A DNA stretch of 64,000 nucleotides from Geopsychrobacteraceae bacterium (GCA_963662315.1 OY759353.1:2976001-3040000), one strand, 5' to 3'; positions 1 through 10,494 are shown, numbered from the stretch's first letter. Numbers and translations: made by a program. Notes: generated by a model from the sequence alone, not told the origin.

Positions 1-715
1 TTTCGTTTTCATGGTGAGGGAAAATCAGATCACGGCCACCACCGTGGATATCAAATGTGTCACCAAGTAGTGACGAACTCATGGCCGAACACTCAATATG
101 CCAGCCTGGGCGCCCTTCTCCCCAGGGAGATTGCCAGCTTGGCTCACCCGGCTTAGCCGCTTTCCACAAAGCAAAATCCATCGGGTTCTGCTTCTGTTCC
201 CCGGGTGCAATCCGCGCTCCAGCTTTCATCTCATCCATATTACGCTTAGACAGTTTCAGGTAGCTATCGAACTTTTCGACACGGTAATATACATCGCCAC
301 CGGAAGCGTAAGCCATATCCTTATCAATCAGCTTTTGGCAGATGGCGATAATCTCATCGATATAAGCAGTTGCCTTCGGCTCGTGAGTCGGTCGTTCAAT
401 ACCGAGGGCATCCATATCGGTGTAGAACTCATCAATAAACTGCTCAGAGAGTTCTTTGCTGGAAATCCCGCGCTCATTGGCGCGATTGATGATTTTGTCA
501 TCCACATCGGTAAAGTTACGCACATAGGTCGTGTCAAACCCACTGAATTTGAAATAGCGGTAGATCACGTCAAAAACAATATTCGCCCGGGCATGGCCGA
601 TATGACAGAAGTCATAAACCGTCACGCCACACACATACATCCCAACTTTGCCGGGAACCAGGGGCTGAAAATCTTCTTTTTTACCGCTGAGGGTATTGTA
701 AACACGCAAACTCAT
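1..715 (-). CDS. cysS: Cysteine--tRNA ligase (5' part; runs off the window start)
   Basis: Not in the ORF track. Manual translation from ATG 715 gives [43 protein letters not shown]...[33 protein letters not shown]...[25 protein letters not shown] upstream. Confidence 0.97.
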   Translation of the reverse strand, partial: MSLRVYNTLSGKKEDFQPLVPGKVGMYVCGVTVYDFCHIGHARANIVFDVIYRYFKFSGFDTTYVRNFTDVDDKIINRANERGISSKELSEQFIDEFYTDMDALGIERPTHEPKATAYIDEIIAICQKLIDKDMAYASGGDVYYRVEKFDSYLKLSKRNMDEMKAGARIAPGEQKQNPMDFALWKAAKPGEPSWQSPWGEGRPGWHIECSAMSSSLLGDTFDIHGGGRDLIFPHHENE

Positions 716-868
716 GGGTACTCCCTATCGAATTTTTATAACGATCTATCTGAAACAAGCAATTTTTTTGTTGTGGCCAGAAAATCGAGGACGTGTGCGG
801 AGGCGTACACCTGTTCGCCGCACAAGCACGCCCGCAGATTGACACCGCCACAGCGAAAAAGAGCCGTT

Positions 869-2530
869 TCACATCACCTTGGCCCAGGCGTCACGCAGTG
901 TCACCGTTCGGTTAAATACCGGAGCACCGGCTGATGATTCCTTGTTATCGGTGGTAAAATAACCAACCCGCTCAAACTGAAAAGTCTCACCCGGTTTGGC
1001 TTCGGTCAGACTTGGCTCTGCCAGAGCTTCAGTAACGGTTAATGATTCAGGATTTAAAGCGTCCAGGTAATTTTCAGCTTTATCTGGGTTCTCCTGATTA
1101 AACAGACGATCATAAACGCGTACCGGAACCTTGACCGCATGAGCTGCAGAAACCCAGTGGATAATCCCCTTGACCTTGCGCCCTTCAGGATTTTTGCCCA
1201 GGGTATCAAGGTCAGCACTGCATTTGAGCTCAATGACTTTGCCGTTTTCATCCTTAATGTACTCATCACATTTAATGATGTAGGAGTTGCGCAGACGAAC
1301 TTCACGGTCCGGCCCCAAACGGAAATATTTTTTCGGGGACGGCGGATTTTCCATGAAATCATCACGGTCAATCCACAATTCGTTGCTCATGGGCAAAACC
1401 CTGCTGCCCAGTTCCGGCTGTTGTGGATGGTTGGGAGCATCGAGCATCTCGACCTGATCATAGTTGGTAATGGTCACTTTGAGCGGATCGAGCACCGCCA
1501 TGCGCCGATAAGCGGTTTCATTCAGCTCTTCGCGCACGCAGTCTTCAAGCACTGACAGATCAATCCAATTGGAACTGCGCCCGACTCCGATACGCTCGCA
1601 GAAGGTTCGAATGGCAGCCGCAGGATAGCCACGACGGCGCATACCGGAAACAGTCGGCATCCGTGGATCATCCCAGCCGGCAACAAACTTCTCATTAACC
1701 AGTTGCAGCAGCTTGCGCTTGCTCATGACCGTGTAACTCAGATTCAACCGCGCAAATTCTATCTGTTGGGGAGCAAAAATCTCCAGTTCTTTGATAAACC
1801 ACTCGTAAAGTGGGCGATGATCTTCAAATTCGAGGGTACAGATGGAATGGGTCACCCCCTCAATGGAATCTTCCTGGCCATGGGCAAAATCGTACATCGG
1901 GTAGATGCACCATTTATCACCAGTTCGATGGTGGTGGGCATGGAGAATCCGGTACATGGCAGGATCGCGCAGGTTCATATTCGGCGACGCCATATCGATT
2001 TTGGCCCGCAAGATATGCGTACCATCAGGAAACTCACCGTTTTTCATCTTTTCAAACAGAGCAAGATTCTCTTCGACACTGCGCTCGCGATAGGGGCTGT
2101 TTTTACCCGGCTCAGTGAGTGTACCACGATTGGCGCGCATCTCTTCGGCACTCTGGCTATCGACATATGCCTTGCCCGCCTTGATAAGCTCAAGCGCCCA
2201 GCAATACAGTTGGTCGAAATAATCAGACGCAAAATACAGGTGCTCCCCCCAATCAAAGCCAAGCCATTGAACATCTTCCTTGATCGCCTCAACGTACTCG
2301 TCCTCTTCTTTGGTCGGATTGGTATCGTCGAAACGCAGATGGCAACGGCCTTTATATTCATTGGCAAGACCAAAATTCAGGCAGATACTTTTGGCATGGC
2401 CGATATGCAGATAACCATTCGGCTCGGGAGGAAAGCGGGTGATAACCTGCTCACGTTTGCCGCTGGCCAGGTCTTCATTGATGATGGTGCGAATAAAATT
2501 CGAACTGACTGGTGTCTCTGCTGTACTCAT
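869..2530 (-). CDS. glnS: Glutamine--tRNA ligase
   Basis: [38 protein letters not shown]. Start moved to ATG 2530 (GGGAG upstream). Confidence 0.96.
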   Translation of the reverse strand: MSTAETPVSSNFIRTIINEDLASGKREQVITRFPPEPNGYLHIGHAKSICLNFGLANEYKGRCHLRFDDTNPTKEEDEYVEAIKEDVQWLGFDWGEHLYFASDYFDQLYCWALELIKAGKAYVDSQSAEEMRANRGTLTEPGKNSPYRERSVEENLALFEKMKNGEFPDGTHILRAKIDMASPNMNLRDPAMYRILHAHHHRTGDKWCIYPMYDFAHGQEDSIEGVTHSICTLEFEDHRPLYEWFIKELEIFAPQQIEFARLNLSYTVMSKRKLLQLVNEKFVAGWDDPRMPTVSGMRRRGYPAAAIRTFCERIGVGRSSNWIDLSVLEDCVREELNETAYRRMAVLDPLKVTITNYDQVEMLDAPNHPQQPELGSRVLPMSNELWIDRDDFMENPPSPKKYFRLGPDREVRLRNSYIIKCDEYIKDENGKVIELKCSADLDTLGKNPEGRKVKGIIHWVSAAHAVKVPVRVYDRLFNQENPDKAENYLDALNPESLTVTEALAEPSLTEAKPGETFQFERVGYFTTDNKESSAGAPVFNRTVTLRDAWAKVM

Positions 2531-2551
2531 AAACGATGGCTCCCGCATTTT

Positions 2552-3067
2552 CTATATAGTAAAAGTCGCCAGCTTTGAGATCTGGCGGTTTTGCTTCCGT
2601 TCCAACAGGACCACCGCTTCGGCGGCAATCCCTTCTCCTCGGCCACAAAAACCTAATTTTTCAGTCGTTGTTGCTTTGACATTGATCCGCGTCATAGCGC
2701 AACGACAATCGCTGCTGATAGTGGTTTTCATCGCCTCAATATAACTGGCCAGTTTCGGTTTCTGACAAATCACTGTCGCATCAAGGTTGCCAATTACATA
2801 GCCCTGCTGATGCATCTGGGCAATCACTCGCCGCAGTAGAATCCGGCTGTCGATTCCCTTGAATTCTTCATCATTGTCTGGGAAATGCTTACCAATATCC
2901 CCCAGCCCCAATGCTCCCAAAATCGCATCGCAAATGGCATGCAACAGCACATCTGCATCCGAATGACCGAGCAAACCCAGCTCGTAAGGAACTTCAACGC
3001 CGCCCAGGATCAATGCGCGATCCGCAACCAGGCGATGAACATCATAACCGTGACCGATGCGCATCAT
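2552..3067 (-). CDS. ispF: 2-C-methyl-D-erythritol 2,4-cyclodiphosphate synthase
   Basis: [46 protein letters not shown]. Confidence 0.97.
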   Translation of the reverse strand: MMRIGHGYDVHRLVADRALILGGVEVPYELGLLGHSDADVLLHAICDAILGALGLGDIGKHFPDNDEEFKGIDSRILLRRVIAQMHQQGYVIGNLDATVICQKPKLASYIEAMKTTISSDCRCAMTRINVKATTTEKLGFCGRGEGIAAEAVVLLERKQNRQISKLATFTI

Positions 3068-3777
3068 GCCGATTCCTTCCCCATACTGTCAAGCAGAGCC
3101 TTAGCAATAACAAGATCTTCTGGAGTTGTCACTTTGATATTGCGGTAATCTCCTGTCACCATAGCCACTTTTTTACCGATGTTCTCCAGCAATGATGCAT
3201 CATCGGTCCCATGAAAGCCCGTAACAGTGGCCAGGTCAAAGGCTTCACGCAACAACGCATAATGGGCTCCCTGAGGAGTCTGTGCCTGCCACAGGGACTT
3301 GCGCTCCGGTGAGGCACTGATTACCCCGCCCGTCACAATCTTGATGGTATCCTTGACTGGCACGCCAACGATACCGGCTCCTTGTGTATCAATGCAAGCA
3401 AGCAGCTCGGCAAGTAAAGCTGCATCAAACAGAGGTCGGGCACCATCATGGATCAAAACCGGACGTTGCGGCTCAGAAAAACCGTCTTGCGCCAGAGCAT
3501 CCAGCCCATTGCGTACCGAATCCTGCCGCTCAGTCCCACCAGCAATCAGTCTTTTCACTTTCTGATAACCAAATGGTTCCAGAATCTGTGTCTGACAGTA
3601 CACAAAATCATTGGCGGGAACGATGGGGTAAATAACTTCAACCAGGGGATGTGCATCGAATATGGACAGGGTATGGGCGAGAATCGGCCGTCCTGCCAGC
3701 TCCAGATACTGCTTGCTGACGGCGCTGCCCATACGGCTTCCCATTCCCGCAGCAGGGATCAGGACAGCTGCTTTCAT
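3064..3777 (-). CDS. ispD: 2-C-methyl-D-erythritol 4-phosphate cytidylyltransferase
   Basis: [45 protein letters not shown]. Confidence 0.96.
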   Translation of the reverse strand: MKAAVLIPAAGMGSRMGSAVSKQYLELAGRPILAHTLSIFDAHPLVEVIYPIVPANDFVYCQTQILEPFGYQKVKRLIAGGTERQDSVRNGLDALAQDGFSEPQRPVLIHDGARPLFDAALLAELLACIDTQGAGIVGVPVKDTIKIVTGGVISASPERKSLWQAQTPQGAHYALLREAFDLATVTGFHGTDDASLLENIGKKVAMVTGDYRNIKVTTPEDLVIAKALLDSMGKESA

Positions 3778-3825
3778 CGGCAAACCTTCTTGGTAAAGAC
3801 AGTGATGAAAAAAGTGCTCACAAAC

Positions 3826-3855
3826 AGAAAAGACCAGGTGACAGGCACCCGGTCT
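3826..3855 (-). terminator. Probable intrinsic terminator/attenuator after carD
   Basis: Minus strand AGACCGGGTG-CCTGT-CACCTGGTCT followed by TTTCT. Confidence 0.55.
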
Positions 3856-3885
3856 ATTCCTAAAAAATGATATGAGAGCTATCTG

Positions 3886-4365
3886 TCAGTGGAATATGTT
3901 TTCCAGGCGCTGAACAACCTGGTCTTCCTTGGCACCCTCAGCCAGAGCAACCTCGGTAACCAAAAGTTTACGGGCCTGCTCAAGGACCTTCTTCTCACCG
4001 TAAGACAGCTCTTTTTCTGAGCTGATCTGGTAAAGATCCCGCAGGACCTGGGCGACTTCAAGCAGATCACCAGTCTTCAGTTTGTCGTTATACTCTCGCT
4101 GTCGGCGACTCCAGGAGGCGATTTTACCGTTACAGCATGGTTCTGCGAGTGTATCAAAAACACCTGTGATCCGCGTCTGATCAATCAAACGGCGCAAGCC
4201 CACGGTATTGGCGTTGCCCACAGGGACCATGATCTTCATGTCGGTATCTACAATCCTCAGAATGTAAAAATTTTGAGTCTGTCCGGCAAACTCCCGACTT
4301 TCAATATCCTCTACCACCCCAACTCCTTGAGTTGGGTACACGGCCATATCTCCAACTTTAAACAA
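3886..4365 (-). CDS. carD: CarD family transcriptional regulator
   Basis: FKVGDMAVYPTQGVGVV...VGLRRLI...LSYGEKKVLEQARKLLVTEVA. TTG start at 4365 with AAAGGAG RBS. Classic position upstream of ispDF. Confidence 0.92.
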   Translation of the reverse strand: MFKVGDMAVYPTQGVGVVEDIESREFAGQTQNFYILRIVDTDMKIMVPVGNANTVGLRRLIDQTRITGVFDTLAEPCCNGKIASWSRRQREYNDKLKTGDLLEVAQVLRDLYQISSEKELSYGEKKVLEQARKLLVTEVALAEGAKEDQVVQRLENIFH

Positions 4366-4609
4366 AACTAAACTCCTTTGGCTAGACCTACTAATACTAC
4401 CACAAGGCCCCTCCGCCGTCAATTACACATAGAAGAGGTAACCTGCTGATTCATATAAGAAATTGCGTTTGACATTTATCCAGCCCCCGAATATGTTATG
4501 ATTTCCCAAAAATATTCAATGACTTTCCAGTGATTCCCCGCTATTAAATAAACCGTAATTTAGCACTGGTGTTTTTGTGCCCGGGTCCATTTAGAAGGAG
4601 ATTTTGAAA

Positions 4610-5539
4610 ATGAAAATTGGCGTTATCGGTGCCGGCGCAGTCGGGCTTTTTTTTGGTTCATTACTGCAACGTAGTGGTCAAGACATGCACTATTTACTGC
4701 GGAGTGACTTTGATACCATCAATAAAAATGGGCTCACCGTTTACTCGGTTAACGGTGATTTTCATCTGGATAAGCTCAATGTTTACCGCAATGCTGAGGA
4801 TATCGGCACCGTTGACCTGGTCCTGATCGCTCTCAAAACCGTATCAAATAAGTATATGATCGACCTGGTGCGTCCGCTGGTGGGACCAGACACCCTGATT
4901 GTGACCCTGCAGAACGGCATCGGGAACGAAGAAATTCTGGCTGAAGCCTTTGGTTCTGACAATATCCTCGGCGGCGTCACTTACCTGGGGGCAACCCGAA
5001 AAGAAGCTGGCAGTGTTTATCATACCAACTCCGGAAAAATTGATCTGGGTAATTTCACCGGTAGTAGCAGTGATCGCTGCCATCAACTCGCGACAATGTT
5101 TTCCGCCGCCGGTATTCCCTGCAAAGTCATCAATGATTTAATCCGCAAGAGATGGGAAAAACTGTGCTGGAACATTCCATTTAACGGACTCGGAGCGTTG
5201 CTGAATCAGGACACGGCACAACTGCTGACTGATAACGGCATAAAAGACCTGATCCGCACACTGATCATGGAGATTTGCGCAGGAGCCAATGCGCAGGGGT
5301 TTCACACACCACTTGATGGCAACGCCATGGCCGAAAACCTGATCGGCTACACCGAAAAACTCACTCCCTACCGCCCCAGTATGCTGGTCGATCGCGATGC
5401 TGGTCGTGCTATGGAAATCGAATCGATTCTGGGTGTGCCAGTTCAACAGGCTCAAAGTAAAGGCGTTGAGATGGTCCATGTTGCCATGCTTTACAAGCTG
5501 CTTATTGCCAATGAAAAGCAGCTTGTAAGTCAAAGCTAA
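4610..5539 (+). CDS. panE: 2-dehydropantoate 2-reductase (ketopantoate reductase family)
   Basis: GAGAVG Rossmann motif, LQNGIGNEE, WEKLCWNIPFNGL, PSMLVD...EIESILG. Confidence 0.85.
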   Translation: MKIGVIGAGAVGLFFGSLLQRSGQDMHYLLRSDFDTINKNGLTVYSVNGDFHLDKLNVYRNAEDIGTVDLVLIALKTVSNKYMIDLVRPLVGPDTLIVTLQNGIGNEEILAEAFGSDNILGGVTYLGATRKEAGSVYHTNSGKIDLGNFTGSSSDRCHQLATMFSAAGIPCKVINDLIRKRWEKLCWNIPFNGLGALLNQDTAQLLTDNGIKDLIRTLIMEICAGANAQGFHTPLDGNAMAENLIGYTEKLTPYRPSMLVDRDAGRAMEIESILGVPVQQAQSKGVEMVHVAMLYKLLIANEKQLVSQS

Positions 5540-5557
5540 GGGATCTGGTTTTCAAAC

Positions 5558-5583
5558 TGCCCCTCTTCCCGGCGAGAGGGGCA
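5558..5583. terminator. Hairpin between convergent panE and znuB (possible bidirectional terminator)
   Basis: TGCCCCTCT...AGAGGGGCA 9-bp stem. Confidence 0.5.
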
Positions 5584-5599
5584 AACGCTACCCCAGTCC

Positions 5600-6406
5600 T
5601 TACTCTCTTGACCCGAAGCGCCCTTTTGGAATTATCGTTCCCAATAAAAACAGTAGGCAGGCAGCCACCACAATCGATGGGCCAGTCGGAGTGTCCCAGG
5701 TCATAGAACCAGCCAGACCACCGCAGACAGACACACAGCCTATCAAGCTGGCCAGCCCCGCCATAACTTCCGGGCCATGAGCAAAACGGCGCGCCGTAGC
5801 GGCCGGAACAATCAGCAATGAAGTAACCAGCAACAAACCAACCACTTTCATCATAATGGCTACGGTCAACGCAATCAGAGCTAAAAACAACCAGTTGACC
5901 CGATCTACCGCAATACCTTCAACGCGGGCGAGGTCCTCATGAATAGTAATCGCCAGCAGCGGTTTCCACAGCCACAGCAACCCCGCCAGGGCCAACCCAC
6001 CTCCGCCAAAAATCCAGGCCAGATCAGCTTGGCCAATGGCTAGGATATCACCAAAAAGGTATGAAACCAGGTCAACCCGGACATTCTCCATAAACGCCAG
6101 AGCAACCAGCCCCAAAGACAATGAACCATGGGCCAAAATCCCCAGCATGGTATCACTGGCAATATGCCGCTGTTTTTGGCTGAGAAACAGGATCAGGGCC
6201 AACGCCTGACAGATAACCAGAATACCAATGGTCAGATTGATATGCAGCAGAAAACCCAAAGCGACCCCAAGTAGAGCAGAATGCGCCAGAGTCTCGCCAA
6301 AATATGCCAGACGGCGCCAGACGACAAAAGAACCGAAGGGCCCGGCAATCAGGGCCACCCCAATCCCACCCAACAAGGCTCGCACGAGAAAATCATCGAA
6401 TATCAT
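5600..6406 (-). CDS. znuB: Zinc ABC transporter permease
   Basis: GSFVVWRRLAYFGETLAHSALLG, YLFGDILAI, DTPTGPSIVV. Confidence 0.93.
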   Translation of the reverse strand: MIFDDFLVRALLGGIGVALIAGPFGSFVVWRRLAYFGETLAHSALLGVALGFLLHINLTIGILVICQALALILFLSQKQRHIASDTMLGILAHGSLSLGLVALAFMENVRVDLVSYLFGDILAIGQADLAWIFGGGGLALAGLLWLWKPLLAITIHEDLARVEGIAVDRVNWLFLALIALTVAIMMKVVGLLLVTSLLIVPAATARRFAHGPEVMAGLASLIGCVSVCGGLAGSMTWDTPTGPSIVVAACLLFLLGTIIPKGRFGSRE

Positions 6407-7158
6407 TAAATTTTCCTGTCACAATGAGCGCAGTGATCATGTTGATGGTTCTGATCATGAACATAGACAGCCAGGTTATTTACCGCCAACGGGCCAAACA
6501 ACTCAGCGTATGCAGGATGGGAAGTCACCGCTTCAGGAGTCCCACTACAGCAGATATGACGATTCAGACATAAAACCTGATCGGTTGCCGCCATAACCAG
6601 GTGCAGATCATGAGACACCATAAGCACCGCACAATTGTACTGATCACGAATAGAGGCGATCAGCTGATACAGCTCCACCTGGCCATGAACATCCACCCCC
6701 TGAACCGGTTCATCAAGTGCCAGCAGGTCTGGCTTGCGTACCAACGCCCGGGCCAGAAGTACCCGCTGGAGTTCACCGCCCGACAGCACTTTCATCTCCG
6801 CCTCATAGACATGCTCGGCACCAACATCGGCAAGCAGCTTACGGGCCTGGCATTGATCATTTTTACAGGCCAGGGCCAGAAAACGTTTTACAGTCAAGGG
6901 AAAGGTCGGATCGAGCTGCAACTTTTGCGGCATATAGCCAACTGTCAGTCCGGCGGCACGTGTGACCGTCCCCTTCTGGGCCTGCAACAATCCCAGGGCA
7001 ACCCGCAACAGAGTCGTCTTTCCGGCACCGTTAGGACCGATAATTGTCATCACTTCGCCACGCTTTACCTGCAGACTGACATGTTCCAGCAACAGACGCC
7101 CTCCCCGGCTGAAATCGACACCTTCAAGGGCTAACAAAAGATTGTGCTTTTGTTTCAT
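6406..7158 (-). CDS. znuC: Zinc ABC transporter ATPase
   Basis: GPNGAGKT, LSGGELQRVLLARAL, C-terminal HICCSG...HQHDH. Start 7158 overlaps the zur stop (ATGA). Confidence 0.93.
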   Translation of the reverse strand: MKQKHNLLLALEGVDFSRGGRLLLEHVSLQVKRGEVMTIIGPNGAGKTTLLRVALGLLQAQKGTVTRAAGLTVGYMPQKLQLDPTFPLTVKRFLALACKNDQCQARKLLADVGAEHVYEAEMKVLSGGELQRVLLARALVRKPDLLALDEPVQGVDVHGQVELYQLIASIRDQYNCAVLMVSHDLHLVMAATDQVLCLNRHICCSGTPEAVTSHPAYAELFGPLAVNNLAVYVHDQNHQHDHCAHCDRKI

Positions 7159-7661
7159 GACGAAGGCTCTTCTTTCTTCTGGCAACTGGGACATAAGCCC
7201 ATAACTTCCACCGTGTGCTGGCGAACACTGAAGCCATGAGCTGCTGCACTGTCAGCAATAGCAGCGTTGATAGCCGAATCATCCAGCTCGGCATAGCTTT
7301 TACAAGCTTCACAGATAAAAAACTGGCCTTCATGAGGCTGATGAGGCTGAATGCAGCCAACATATGCATTTAGCGAAGCAATCCGATGGACAAGGCCAAT
7401 CTCGAGGAGAAAATCTAGGGCCCGGTAAACAGTCGGCGGCGCAGCTCGACCGTCACGTTGCAATAGCTCCAGGACTTCATAGGCACCCATGGGCCGATGA
7501 TAAACCCAGACCAGCTCAAATACCCGGCGCCGCAGGGTCGTAAAACGTTGCCCCCGCTGCTGACAAACCTTTTCCGCCTTGGCCATGGCTTCAGCAATAC
7601 AGACGTCGTGGTCATGCTCGTGTTCTTCATTGATAAAATGTAGGGATGTTTTTTTTGGCAT
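7155..7661 (-). CDS. zur: Zinc uptake regulator (Fur family)
   Basis: PPTVYRALDFL, CxxC motifs (CEAC, CPSC), N-terminal HEHDH, located in the znu cluster. Confidence 0.9.
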   Translation of the reverse strand: MPKKTSLHFINEEHEHDHDVCIAEAMAKAEKVCQQRGQRFTTLRRRVFELVWVYHRPMGAYEVLELLQRDGRAAPPTVYRALDFLLEIGLVHRIASLNAYVGCIQPHQPHEGQFFICEACKSYAELDDSAINAAIADSAAAHGFSVRQHTVEVMGLCPSCQKKEEPSS

Positions 7662-7696
7662 GCGTATATTTATTATATGGCTCTATATTGACCAAG

Positions 7697-7719
7697 CTTT
7701 TGTTATATTATAACATTTC
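7697..7719. promoter_or_regulatory. Zur box
   Basis: CTTT-TGTTATA-T-TATAACA-TTTC. Near match to the proteobacterial Zur consensus GAAATGTTATA-N-TATAACATTTC, between divergent zur and znuA. Confidence 0.88.
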
Positions 7720-7764
7720 AAAAACTAACCATTACATAATAAGTCAATCTTAGGAGAAACACAA

Positions 7765-8787
7765 ATGAAGAGAATCCTGTTCGGAGTGCTGTTACTCGTT
7801 ATAGCCTTACCCGCACTGAGTATGGCGAATTCTGCTCCAAATGTTGTCGTCAGTCTAAAACCTATTCATTCCCTGGTTGCCGGCGTTATGGCTGGAGTCG
7901 GCGAACCAGAATTACTGGTGAAAGGAGCCGCGTCACCCCACGGCTATGTATTACGCCCTTCAGAAGCCCGGCTACTGTCAAAAGCTGATTTGATTATTCG
8001 TGTTGGCAGCGGCCTTGAGGGTTTTATGGATAAGCCGCTTGAAACTCTTAGCCATGATGCCGACAAACTCGACCTGGCGCAGGTTCTCAAAGATAAACTG
8101 TTGCCTGCCCGCGAAGGTGGCGACTGGGAAAAACATGAGCACCATCACAGCCATGATACGGATCATGACGATCACCTTGAAGCGGAACACCATCATGACG
8201 CCGATCACGATGATCACCATGAAGCAGAACACCATCATGATGCCGATCACGATGACCACGCTACATTGGCTCACTTCGACCATCATATCTGGCTCAGCCC
8301 TGAGATAGCCAAGGAGATCGTCAAGGTCACAGCCACCAAACTTGCCACCCTGGACCCCGAGCACGCGAAAAAGTACCGTAGCAATAGCGACAAGCTTTTA
8401 ACGCGTCTGGATAAATTGGATCAACAGCTGAAAAAAGACCTGCAACCTGTTAGCAAAACCCCTTATGTGGTCTTCCATGCTGCATATCAATATTTTGAAG
8501 TTGCTTACAACCTGAACCCGGTCGGATCAATCACCATTGATCCAGAACATCGCCCGGGCGCGAAAAGAGTCAAAGAGATTCGTGATAAAATTATCCGGAC
8601 TCATGCCAAATGCGTATTCAGCGAACCGCAATTTGAATCACGCCTGATTGCGACACTTATTGAAGGAACCGATGCGCGTACCGGTATCCTTGATCCCCTC
8701 GGGGCAGATCTTGAAGCGGGTCCTGAGGCCTACTTTGTGTTGCTTGAGAATATGGGTAAAAATATCTTCCGTGGATTGGCCGATTAG
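7765..8787 (+). CDS. znuA: Zinc ABC transporter substrate-binding protein
   Basis: Signal peptide, VVVSLKPIHSL, ASPHGY, His/Asp-rich loop, HIWLSP, FHAAYQYF, CVFSEPQF. Confidence 0.93.
   Translation: MKRILFGVLLLVIALPALSMANSAPNVVVSLKPIHSLVAGVMAGVGEPELLVKGAASPHGYVLRPSEARLLSKADLIIRVGSGLEGFMDKPLETLSHDADKLDLAQVLKDKLLPAREGGDWEKHEHHHSHDTDHDDHLEAEHHHDADHDDHHEAEHHHDADHDDHATLAHFDHHIWLSPEIAKEIVKVTATKLATLDPEHAKKYRSNSDKLLTRLDKLDQQLKKDLQPVSKTPYVVFHAAYQYFEVAYNLNPVGSITIDPEHRPGAKRVKEIRDKIIRTHAKCVFSEPQFESRLIATLIEGTDARTGILDPLGADLEAGPEAYFVLLENMGKNIFRGLAD
8179..8262 (+). repeat. Two imperfect 42-bp tandem units encoding EAEHHHDADHDDH in the ZnuA His-rich loop
   Basis: gaagcggaacaccatcatgacgccgatcacgatgatcaccat / gaagcagaacaccatcatgatgccgatcacgatgaccacgct. 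Confidence 0.85.
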
Positions 8788-8874
8788 TGATAAAAACGCT
8801 CAGTCAGGTGCTTCACCACCATATGTGAAGCAGCATAAATATGGCTTGAGTTATCAACTAAAAGGATATGGAAG

Positions 8875-9186
8875 ATGTCACAATTTGAAAATGTTACCGT
8901 TGTCCGTGAAGCCAATATCTACTTCGGCGGCAAAGTCACCAGTCGCACCGTTCTGTTTGCCGATGGCAGTAAAAAAACTCTCGGTCTGATGCAACCGGGT
9001 GACTATGAATTTGGTACAGAAGCCAAGGAACTGATGGAAATCCTCGCTGGCGACCTGGAAGTTCTACTGCCAGGGCAGGATTGGAAAACCTATGTCCCGG
9101 GTGATAGTTTTGAAGTTCCGGCCAATTCCAGCTTCAAGCTGAAGATCAAAACTGCTACGGACTATTGTTGCAGCTATTTGGTTTAG
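8875..9186 (+). CDS. ppnP: Pyrimidine/purine nucleoside phosphorylase (DUF1255)
   Basis: [43 protein letters not shown]. Confidence 0.9.
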   Translation: MSQFENVTVVREANIYFGGKVTSRTVLFADGSKKTLGLMQPGDYEFGTEAKELMEILAGDLEVLLPGQDWKTYVPGDSFEVPANSSFKLKIKTATDYCCSYLV

Positions 9187-9266
9187 ACGCAGCAGAAGAG
9201 CTCATAGAAAGACCCGGCTATTTCCACAGCTAGCCGTTCTGAAAAGTACGCGATAATGTCAGTTAT

Positions 9267-9300
9267 ACGCCTGAAACTCTTTAAGTTTCAGGCGTTTTTT
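9267..9300 (+). terminator. Intrinsic terminator after ppnP
   Basis: ACGCCTGAAACT-CTTTA-AGTTTCAGGCGT followed by a T-run. Confidence 0.8.
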
Positions 9301-9726
9301 ATGGACAATAAATCTTCTTGGATTGAACGTTCTCTTGCCCCCGCGATGGGGGAGACAACCCTCTTATTACTGTTTTTCGACAAAGATGAGAAGGAGACCT
9401 CAATGCAAAAAGGTTCAGACATTTTTTTATAGAAAACAAAATCTGCTCTGACACGCAATCTTAGATAAAATATCTCCTTCCATTGCAGACACAGATTTCA
9501 AAACTATTAAAAAATTTAAAATCGTCTGATGCCGCCGATTTTAAAAAGATTTCTGTATTTGTCAAACAAATATAAGTTTACTTTATCCCTGCCACTTCAT
9601 ATTATTAATCGGGTTCTATGAGATATTATTCAAATATTTGAAAATCTGGTGGAAAACGCAGAAAGATACCCTGGCTATTGACACCCTTAACAGGTTGTTG
9701 ACTTAAAATATTATAAGGAAAAACTA

Positions 9727-10494
9727 TTGAGTATCGAGATAAAACCGTTGGTTACGGAAAGTCTTGCCACACAAATAGCAGAAAGTCTCCGTGAAGCGAT
9801 TCTCAATGGGACACTAAAGATTGATGAACAATTACCGACAGAAAATGAACTCGCTGCAAAATATAATGTCTCTCGGCCGACAATTAGGGAAGCCTTCAAG
9901 CGACTAGCTGCTCAAAATCTGGTACGTTCCCGTCGAGGTCCTTCGGGCGGCACCTTTGTTTGCCATCCGAGCAATGAAGATCTCAGCTCTTCAGTAACGG
10001 CTGCGGTTATGATGCTGGTCAATACGGGTGAGTTCAGTCTAACCAACATTGCTGAGTCACGTCGGGAACTAGAAAAAATCTGCTGTCGACTGGCTGCGAC
10101 CAACAGAGACGATCAGAATCTTTCACAACTAGCGACCGAACTTAGAATTCAGAAGTCGCCAGAGCTAAATGACGAAGAATTCTGTGCATCAGATGTCCGG
10201 TTTCATCGGGCAATAGTTGATGCAACCCAGAATCCGGTCATCGCGTTTATGATGTTTGCCATCATCGAAGCGTTGCAACCGGCAACTAACTTAATAATTT
10301 TTCGTTTTCGTAAACGAGAAACCATTATTGATCAGCATCAGCAAATTTACGAGGCGATTTGCAACAAAGATGCGAGAGCTGCTGAACAGGCTTTTTCCGA
10401 ACAAATGGATTACTTATGCGAGCAGTATCGTCAAGCTCAAGAATGGCGCGAGCGGTGCGATAAAGAGAACGCAATTAAAGTTCAAAAGATTTAA
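9727..10494 (+). CDS. GntR/FadR-family regulator, DmdR-like
   Basis: wHTH LPTENELAAKYNVSRPTIREA plus FCD domain. Motifs KRLAAQNLVRSRRGPSGGTFV and FCASDVRFHRAIVDA resemble, from memory, the Roseobacter regulator upstream of dmdA-acuI. Confidence 0.9.
   Translation: MSIEIKPLVTESLATQIAESLREAILNGTLKIDEQLPTENELAAKYNVSRPTIREAFKRLAAQNLVRSRRGPSGGTFVCHPSNEDLSSSVTAAVMMLVNTGEFSLTNIAESRRELEKICCRLAATNRDDQNLSQLATELRIQKSPELNDEEFCASDVRFHRAIVDATQNPVIAFMMFAIIEALQPATNLIIFRFRKRETIIDQHQQIYEAICNKDARAAEQAFSEQMDYLCEQYRQAQEWRERCDKENAIKVQKI

Noticed and set aside
681..872. 63-aa ORF between glnS and cysS
   Set aside because: Overlaps the cysS start out of frame, has no recognisable motif, and is probably spurious.
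98..934. 278-aa + strand ORF
   Set aside because: Antisense shadow of cysS, which the ORF track omits because it runs off the window.
1703..2578. Long antisense ORFs over glnS (similarly 41441-42463, 44411-45061, 25981-26676, 29960-30625)
   Set aside because: Mirror frames of well-conserved genes with no independent coding signal.
9190..9400. Possible riboswitch downstream of ppnP
   Set aside because: Hairpins are present, but I recognised no purine, SAM, ZTP, fluoride or c-di-GMP consensus.
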